From IMG/VR virus record IMGVR_UViG_3300035698_011757, positions 1,481 to 65,480 of that record: a stretch of DNA of 64,000 nucleotides, one strand, 5' to 3'. The notes under the pieces are model-generated. The model was not told the origin of the DNA, searched no databases, and saw nothing but the letters and a program-made list of their open reading frames with translations. Each line of letters begins with the position of its first letter. Position 1 is the first letter of the stretch. Source of the DNA: a virus. Lineage: Duplodnaviria > Caudoviricetes. This document shows positions 57,777 through 64,000 of the stretch, piece by piece. Both the position numbers and the translations under genes were made by a program.

Positions 57777-58173
57777 AGAAGTTGAGATTAGCGAGGAAGT
57801 TTTCTTCGAACTATCTAAAAAAGGTAATATAGATATAATACTTTTTAAATCAAAAGGAAACAAGCACAGCGAGGGCGGCGGAAAAAGAGTTTCAGTAGAT
57901 CCAATTAAAGCAGGAAACGTAAAGGAATTTATTGACGCTGTCATTACAGAGGATAGGCTCAAACAATGCTTTTCCGTTATTGAGCAGGAGGTCGGATCTG
58001 GAAACGTCACGACAAAAAATATCGGAGACTTGATGCGTTGGATTTTCAAAGACGTTATGGAAGAAGAGGGAGACGCCCTTGTTCATAATGATCTTTACAA
58101 AAAAGATGTGAGCGGTGCTATCGCAAACACAGCTCGCCCTTGGTTCATTAGAAAAATAAACAGCTCGTATTAG
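57751..58173 (+). CDS. Rnl2-like RNA ligase part 3 (motif V and C-terminal domain)
   Basis: LFKSKGNKHS, VITEDRLKQ, IGDLMRWIFKDVMEEE, ARPWF. Confidence 0.82.
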   Translation: MQNIRINNREVEISEEVFFELSKKGNIDIILFKSKGNKHSEGGGKRVSVDPIKAGNVKEFIDAVITEDRLKQCFSVIEQEVGSGNVTTKNIGDLMRWIFKDVMEEEGDALVHNDLYKKDVSGAIANTARPWFIRKINSSY

Positions 58174-58649
58174 TGAAGAGAGTAAACGTCTCCCCTAAAC
58201 AATTAACTCGCGCCAGAAAACTATTTGATTTTAAAGAGTTAAATAATAGCATCACAAAAGGCGAGGGAAACCTTGCTGGCGCACTTGGAGAAATCGTCGT
58301 CGTAGATTTTTACGACGGCGAACAAGCCAACACATACGATTACGACTTAATCCTTAATGGCAAAAAAGTAGACGTAAAAACAAAAAAATATACAGACAAA
58401 TTTAAGCCAAATGTAAACTGGAACTTAAACATTTCAGACTTTAACACAAAACAAGACTGTGACTACTATTGTTTTGTAGGAGTAAACGAATCTTTATCAG
58501 AGGCTTTTATATATGGATTTATGGAAAAGGAAAAGTTTTACAGCTCTTCTATTTTTTACAAAAAGGGGCAAATAGATCCAAACGGAAACGGCTCTTGGGC
58601 ATTTAAGTCAGACTGCCACAACCTACCAATAAAACAATTACTAATATGA
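58173..58649 (+). CDS. Putative PD-(D/E)XK nuclease
   Basis: GALGE..YD..VDVKTK..DYYCFV. Confidence 0.6.
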   Translation: MKRVNVSPKQLTRARKLFDFKELNNSITKGEGNLAGALGEIVVVDFYDGEQANTYDYDLILNGKKVDVKTKKYTDKFKPNVNWNLNISDFNTKQDCDYYCFVGVNESLSEAFIYGFMEKEKFYSSSIFYKKGQIDPNGNGSWAFKSDCHNLPIKQLLI

Positions 58650-58758
58650 GAACAGACACAAACATAAAACACTTACGATTACTAGGCATTAAAAGCCCAG
58701 TAATTGGAATTCTTTCTAAGAATTTGTTTGACATTTTATCTTATTTACTATACATTAC

Positions 58759-58774
58759 AGAGAGAGAGAGAGAG
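58759..58774. repeat. (AG)n microsatellite
   Basis: agagagagagagagag just downstream of a TTGACA promoter. Confidence 0.75.
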
Positions 58775-58867
58775 ACTTTCACAGGAAAGTTGTTCAACTA
58801 GACGACATACAAGCTAAACACTACATATATTTCAGAACAATCAAAAAAGAATACCATAAAAAACAAC

Positions 58868-59263
58868 ATGAAGAACATAAATAAATTAAGAATGTATAGC
58901 CTCACATTAACTCAGTTTAACGGAATGAACGCCGCTATCCAAAGCGCTCATGGATGGGTTGAGTATGGGAGAGTATGTCAAGATGCAGAATTATATGAAG
59001 ATTGGGCGGATAACCACAAGACGGTTATTGTCTTGAATGGTGGAACATCAAAAACGTTAAACGATTTTGCTGATCAACTTATGGAGCTAGGAAACGATGT
59101 CGTTTGCTTCGTCGAACCCGACCTTTATAATCAAATTACTAGCTGGTCACTAATTGTAAGTGAGCGAGTGTTTGATGAAGAGAGCTTCCCAGAATCATTA
59201 ATCAGCCAGAATGAAAGGGACACTAGAGCGATCTTAAATGGGTTGAATTTACATATGGGATAA
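58868..59263 (+). CDS. Pth2-like peptidyl-tRNA hydrolase family protein
   Basis: AAIQSAH, KTVIVLNGG, FVEPDL..QIT. Confidence 0.65.
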   Translation: MKNINKLRMYSLTLTQFNGMNAAIQSAHGWVEYGRVCQDAELYEDWADNHKTVIVLNGGTSKTLNDFADQLMELGNDVVCFVEPDLYNQITSWSLIVSERVFDEESFPESLISQNERDTRAILNGLNLHMG

Positions 59264-59272
59264 AAACAACCC

Positions 59273-60076
59273 ATGAAAACTAAAGACAAAATAAAAGTCC
59301 TAATGGGAAGCAAGGCTGCGAAGTTTTATTACCCAGAGTTCCGCGAAGGAAAAGATTCGGACTATATCTGCAATTACGATTCGTCCATCAGTAGGAAAGA
59401 GGAAAATCATTGGATGCCAGAATTTAACGTCTTGCTTGAAATGAATTCTGGTGGGATTATTTTAGATCCAAACTGCCTGTTAACATTAAAGGCGGCACAT
59501 TGCAACTGGAACGTTCAGTGGCAAAAAACAATAAATGACATTCTATTCTTTAAATCTAAAGGGCATAAGATTAACAGGCTTGTTTACGAAACTCTCGTAA
59601 GAGGTTTTAGAAAGATTCACGGCAAAGAATCAGCACCTCTTGTTGGAAAAACAAAAGAGACGTTTTTTGATGACGCTGTGACAAGAAAGTATATTCACGA
59701 CGACATTCACAAAGCTATTGCTTTTTATGCAAAGCCTATTTTTGAAAATATTTTGGTTGACAATGAGTCTGGATCTGTTATGTGTAGTGAGAGCAAATTC
59801 AACCAATTACCATTCGAGGATCAACTCAAAATGTGCAAGGAAGAAATTTATGTAACCGCTTTGGAGCGATACTTAATACCTAATGATTTTGAATATTCTC
59901 AAGGATTAGCTTACATAAAATCTCTCAAAAAATTCGTGACAACAATGTCCAGCGGGTGGATGAGCTATTTTTTAATAGACAATTACAAGGATTTAATCTA
60001 CGATAGATTTGATTACGTGTCAAAGTTCAAGAAAAATGAACACAACTGCAAACAAACAAAACAAAAAAATGAATAA
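59273..60076 (+). CDS. Conserved phage protein, nucleotidyltransferase-like N-terminus
   Basis: GSKA..KDSDY, LTLKAAH, FFDDAV..HDDIH, EEIYVTALER. Confidence 0.6.
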   Translation: MKTKDKIKVLMGSKAAKFYYPEFREGKDSDYICNYDSSISRKEENHWMPEFNVLLEMNSGGIILDPNCLLTLKAAHCNWNVQWQKTINDILFFKSKGHKINRLVYETLVRGFRKIHGKESAPLVGKTKETFFDDAVTRKYIHDDIHKAIAFYAKPIFENILVDNESGSVMCSESKFNQLPFEDQLKMCKEEIYVTALERYLIPNDFEYSQGLAYIKSLKKFVTTMSSGWMSYFLIDNYKDLIYDRFDYVSKFKKNEHNCKQTKQKNE

Positions 60077-60539
60077 AGCACCAAGAACGCTAGCTGAAAT
60101 CGAGCAATTTAAAATCGATTTAGAAGAAGGGAATTTAGTTCCTAAAGAAGAATGGACTAGATATAATGCAGAAACTAAAAATTTTGAAAAAGAACATTCT
60201 TGGCAGCCAGCAAAGCCAGTAAGTAGTTGCGAAGCATTCCTACAACGCTTATGCGAAGAAACAAAAAAACTAAAATTTGAAGGTTTTAAGTTTGAAGTGG
60301 AAGATGTTTGCGGCGGGGAAGGAGACGGTGAAGAATACTTCATAGTATTTTCTATCAAACCAAAAGGCGAAAGTAAAATCTTCTTCTGTTACAGCGGTTA
60401 TTACGCCAGTTACAGCGGCGGATACCTAGATAGACTTTCTGTCGTTTATCCAAAATACTCTATTAGTTTAGACTGGGGAGACGACAAGCAAGACAAGACA
60501 GAATTCGATTTGCTCAAAAAACTTCTTGACAAAAAGTAA
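60069..60539 (+). CDS. Hypothetical phage protein
   Basis: GGEGDGEEY..GYYASYSG motif. Confidence 0.7.
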   Translation: MNKAPRTLAEIEQFKIDLEEGNLVPKEEWTRYNAETKNFEKEHSWQPAKPVSSCEAFLQRLCEETKKLKFEGFKFEVEDVCGGEGDGEEYFIVFSIKPKGESKIFFCYSGYYASYSGGYLDRLSVVYPKYSISLDWGDDKQDKTEFDLLKKLLDKK

Positions 60540-60560
60540 ATTATTTGCTGCACTTCAATC

Positions 60561-60934
60561 ATGAACTTACTAAAGAACATACGAATCTATTTAATTGGAT
60601 CTATCGAAGACTCAGATGATGCTGGCGATCAGACTTATCAAAAGAATTCGATAAAATGGGAATCAAAACATTTGACCCATGCAATAAGCCATTTATTAAG
60701 GATTTGGACGAAACTATCGAAACATAAAACCTTTTGAAGGATTTGAATACCAATCATGAGTGGGATAAACTATCTGCACTAATGAAAGAAATTCGAGTTC
60801 ATGATTTGAAGTTGGTAGATATTTCAGACGCGGTATTCGTGTATCTTGACGCTGAAAAAATGACTTGCGGAAGTTGGGAAGAGATCAAGTTTGACAATTC
60901 GCTATGGAAGTTATTAAAAGATGAAATGCGATAA
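60561..60934 (+). pseudogene. Frameshifted nucleoside 2-deoxyribosyltransferase-like gene
   Basis: IYLIGSIE N-terminus, then other-frame DLKLVDISDAV..GSWEE. Confidence 0.6.
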
Positions 60935-60940
60935 AATACT

Positions 60941-61234
60941 ATGAAAAATTATTTAAGAAAACCAGCCAAACTAGAGGCTATTCAACACGACGGTAATATC
61001 GAAAGCTTTGTTCAAAAGTTGGTAGATTTCGCTGGCGTTTCAGAAATAGCAATCAAGTGCGACGCTACATGCGAAGAGGAGATTAATAAAGATACCGTAT
61101 CTTTCATCGCCACCACTATCGACGAAATCGAAGTTAATATTTTTGAAGGCGATTACGTCGCAAAAATGGAAAGTGGAAGATACCTAGTCTTTGAAAAATA
61201 CATATTCGAATCAATTCACGTTGAAAAGAGATAA
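60941..61234 (+). CDS. Hypothetical phage protein
   Basis: RKPAKLEAIQ..GDYVAK..IFE. Confidence 0.7.
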   Translation: MKNYLRKPAKLEAIQHDGNIESFVQKLVDFAGVSEIAIKCDATCEEEINKDTVSFIATTIDEIEVNIFEGDYVAKMESGRYLVFEKYIFESIHVEKR

Positions 61235-61363
61235 ATTTCTACTATTACGTTAATAGCAAAAAAACAAAAAACAAAAAAATAAATAAATCCAAAAGGGATC
61301 ATCGTAGAAGAAGTTCTCCTCCGTCGCGTGGATTTCCCTAAACAAGTAGCTCATGGAGTTATT

Positions 61364-62548
61364 ATGAAAAAAGAAGCTTACAACATAACAAAAAGACTTC
61401 AAGATAATGGATTTGTAGCGTATTTTTGCGGCGGGTGTGTGAGAGACACTTTGATGGGTATTGAGCCTCACGATTACGATGTTGCCACAAACGCCCTACC
61501 TCACGAAATCAAAGAAATATTCTCGGACAAAAAAGTAGATTTAGTTGGAGAGAGTTTTGGCGTAGTTATTGTAAAATGGGAAAACCATATAACAGAAGTA
61601 GCTACATTTCGCCGTGACAGCGTCGAATCTGACGGACGAAGACCAGATAGCGTTGAGTTTTTAAACTCAGCAGAAGAGGACGCAAAAAGGCGCGACCTAA
61701 CTATCAACGGAATGTTTTTAAATCCAATCACGAACGAACTCATCGACTTTGTAGGCGGACAGATAGACCTTCAAGATAAAATTATTCGCTTTATCGGAAA
61801 AGCAAGCAAGAGAATTGACGAGGATCACCTTAGAATTCTTAGAGCTTTCCGTTTCGCGGCGAGGTTTGGTTTTAGAATCGCAGAAAAAGATAACTGCACA
61901 CTATTATTAAAAGCTCACCTCCTAGAGGAAGTGGCTCAAGAAAGGGTGGTTATTGAATTTGAGAAGATCCTTTCCTACGAGAATGAAAATATCCTTCGCG
62001 CTATTTCGCATGCTTGCATCCTATACACAATCGTCGGACACAATCTATTCAAGGGTTGCGACAACAGCAATCATGAAATCTTTTGCTCTTCAAAAAACAT
62101 CTCGGTAGAAGTTCGAGTAGCGTCTCTAATCTGGAAGTCTCTTAAAAAAGGAGAACTCATCAAAAAAACTTTGATCGAGAAGGGATTTTCTAACGACTTC
62201 GCTAAAAAAGTGCAGGAAAGCAGCGAGATTCTGCTAGCTATTCATGGAAAAGTATCTAAAGTTGAATCAAAAATTATCGTAGCCAAGCCATTATTTGATC
62301 AGTGCGTTGAGGTTTGTAATAATCCTCTACTAAGGTTTAATTGGAAGAATTTTAAAAAACAATACCCTAGCCTTCCAGCTCCATTAATCAACGGACATGA
62401 ACTTCAAGAACACTTGTCCTTGACTTCTGGCGAAATTATTGGTAAGATCCTAAATGAAGTGAGAAAGCAACAGTTAGAAGAAAAAATCTCATCTAAAAAA
62501 CAAGCACTAAGCTTGGCAAAGAAAATCAAAAAAGAATGGGCGAAATAA
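61364..62548 (+). CDS. cca: CCA-adding tRNA nucleotidyltransferase
   Basis: GGCVRD..DYDVAT, EVATFR, DAKRRDLTIN, EDHLRILRAFRF. Confidence 0.92.
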   Translation: MKKEAYNITKRLQDNGFVAYFCGGCVRDTLMGIEPHDYDVATNALPHEIKEIFSDKKVDLVGESFGVVIVKWENHITEVATFRRDSVESDGRRPDSVEFLNSAEEDAKRRDLTINGMFLNPITNELIDFVGGQIDLQDKIIRFIGKASKRIDEDHLRILRAFRFAARFGFRIAEKDNCTLLLKAHLLEEVAQERVVIEFEKILSYENENILRAISHACILYTIVGHNLFKGCDNSNHEIFCSSKNISVEVRVASLIWKSLKKGELIKKTLIEKGFSNDFAKKVQESSEILLAIHGKVSKVESKIIVAKPLFDQCVEVCNNPLLRFNWKNFKKQYPSLPAPLINGHELQEHLSLTSGEIIGKILNEVRKQQLEEKISSKKQALSLAKKIKKEWAK

Positions 62549-62553
62549 ACAAA

Positions 62554-63003
62554 ATGAAAACCAAAATCAACAAAGACATAATCGCCGCTATGAAAAGCAA
62601 AGAGAAAACTAAACTTTCTACTTTGAGATCACTAAAGACGGCGATCACAAATAAAGAGAAGGAGCTTCGTGTGCAGGATTTGGACGACAAAGCGGTCACT
62701 CTAATCATTCGATCTGAAATCAAAAAACGTAAAGAGTCAATGGTTATTTACGAAAAAGGAAGCGCCTACGAACGAGCTGACCAAGAAGAAGCGGAAGCTG
62801 TTATTTTAGCATCTTATTTGCCTGTTCAGCTTGGAGCTGAAGCCGTATTTGAGATTGTCGAGAAGAAAGCTAAAGACCTTGATGTTGTTGGTGGAGGTCA
62901 AAAGAAGATGGGCGAGCTTATGAAAGCATGCTCTTCTGAGCTTGGCGATTCGTCTGATGGCAAAACCATCTCTGGAGCTGCTCGAAAAGTATTAGGAATG
63001 TAA
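62554..63003 (+). CDS. GatB/YqeY domain protein
   Basis: AMKSKEK..LRSLK..KKRKES..YLPVQL..MG..DGK. Confidence 0.9.
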   Translation: MKTKINKDIIAAMKSKEKTKLSTLRSLKTAITNKEKELRVQDLDDKAVTLIIRSEIKKRKESMVIYEKGSAYERADQEEAEAVILASYLPVQLGAEAVFEIVEKKAKDLDVVGGGQKKMGELMKACSSELGDSSDGKTISGAARKVLGM

Positions 63004-63004
63004 T

Positions 63005-63511
63005 ATGATTGCAATTTTAGCACACGAAGCAGACGGCGGTATCGGGTTTAAAAACACGCTACCTTGGGGCAGTATTCAAAAGGATATGGAACACTTTGTT
63101 AATATTACTCGCGGAAAGATTGTCATTATGGGATCAAAGACGTTTGAGTCTTTGGGGTGCAAGCCGCTACCTAGACGAAACAATCTTGTTTTAACTAGAG
63201 ATGTAAAAAAAGCGCAAGAAAAACATGCCGTCGTTTTGGGGGTGAACAAGTTCGACTTAAAGTTTTGTGATGATAATGTCTTAAAAATCATTATTGCGAA
63301 TAAAGATAAATCTGAAAACGCTGTAGTTATCGGCGGCGCTGAAATCTACAAACAACTAACACCTCACTGCGAAGAGGTTTATGTTACGGAAATCAAAGCA
63401 AAATATGAGTGCGACGCATTCATCGATAAACAGGTTTTATTGAGAGGTTTCACAGATGAAGAAATCATCTACGAAGACGAAGAAATCATCATTAAAAAAT
63501 ATTTCAACTAA
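63005..63511 (+). CDS. folA: Dihydrofolate reductase
   Basis: IGFKNTLPW, DMEHF, MGSKTFES, LPRRNN, IGGAEIY. Confidence 0.95.
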   Translation: MIAILAHEADGGIGFKNTLPWGSIQKDMEHFVNITRGKIVIMGSKTFESLGCKPLPRRNNLVLTRDVKKAQEKHAVVLGVNKFDLKFCDDNVLKIIIANKDKSENAVVIGGAEIYKQLTPHCEEVYVTEIKAKYECDAFIDKQVLLRGFTDEEIIYEDEEIIIKKYFN

Positions 63512-64000
63512 TGAAAAACGCAGTCATATTCGACATGGACGATACGCTAGTATCTTCGCAGTTATTTAGCAATAAATATTGCAACTACGAGTTCTTCGAG
63601 AAACATCTAGATTATGTGATTGCGGAAGGCGAAAGCTTTAAATTTAAATCATTCTACGTTAGCTGGTTCTACGACTTGAAAATTGAGCTAAAAGAACTTA
63701 AATTAGATACGAAAGTTATGACTTTTGGTTTTGAGGACTACGCTACGTCGATATTGGTGCAACCACCTTTTGCTTTTAAGAAGAGGGATATTATAGCTTG
63801 CGAGCATATTTGTGGAGGAAAATCTCATGAAGATTTCACAGTAACAAAGACTAGCCCAATCCTCACAAAAGACACCGTGACAGTAGATTACTTCGGAGAG
63901 CAGTATGATACCATCATAATGATCGACAACGCTACAGAAGATTTTAACGTTCTAAAAATATCTGTTTTAGAAAAGATGTGCAAAAAAATAATCTATGTTC
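63511..64000 (+). CDS. HAD-superfamily phosphatase-like protein (3' truncated)
   Basis: MKNAVIFDMDDTLV; frame open to the window end. Confidence 0.65.
   Translation, partial: MKNAVIFDMDDTLVSSQLFSNKYCNYEFFEKHLDYVIAEGESFKFKSFYVSWFYDLKIELKELKLDTKVMTFGFEDYATSILVQPPFAFKKRDIIACEHICGGKSHEDFTVTKTSPILTKDTVTVDYFGEQYDTIIMIDNATEDFNVLKISVLEKMCKKIIYV

Noticed and set aside
1-64000. Alternative genetic code (stop codon reassignment)
   Set aside because: Conserved genes are intact under code 11; breaks involve frameshifts, TAA or intein boundaries
1-64000. CRISPR array or cas operon
   Set aside because: No regularly spaced repeats; the Cas4-like nuclease at 17942 sits in a replication operon
1-64000. Apparent scarcity of CCGG/CCWGG sites, and a PVC-superphylum host guess
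   Set aside because: Impressions only; they need k-mer counts and phylogenies that could not be run

Overview
AT-rich, gene-dense segment of a large tailed dsDNA bacteriophage genome in the standard genetic code; almost all genes are on the + strand. In order: a cytosine methyltransferase 3' end with an overprinted HNH insertion; RecQ; a tRNA/tmRNA cluster full of decayed homing endonucleases and small structured spacers; gmd with an intein; a replication block (RecA, DnaB with class-3 intein, primase, PD-(D/E)XK nuclease, and a DnaE divided into PHP, N-part and C-part with a split intein, plus a separate DEDDh exonuclease); a ClpA/C ATPase; glycosyltransferases; a minus-strand lambda-like tail-tip module (L, JAB, I, J); an M15 endolysin; an NAD+/ADP-ribose block (macro, CinA-like/NMNAT, NADAR, Nudix, NAMPT) with ClpP; two fragmented intein-bearing RNA ligases; Pth2-like, CCA-adding enzyme, YqeY, DHFR. 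Most notable: (1) a zinc-finger HNH gene nested in an alternative frame of a methyltransferase whose own frame stays open with no intein; (2) a GTGTAA-N8-ATG motif shared by late-type genes and selfish endonucleases; (3) an RNA ligase in three ORFs, one break having no intein; (4) a CCA-ending hairpin RNA and a long-variable-arm tRNA with a Thr anticodon. All calls are from motif recognition by eye; no searches were run.
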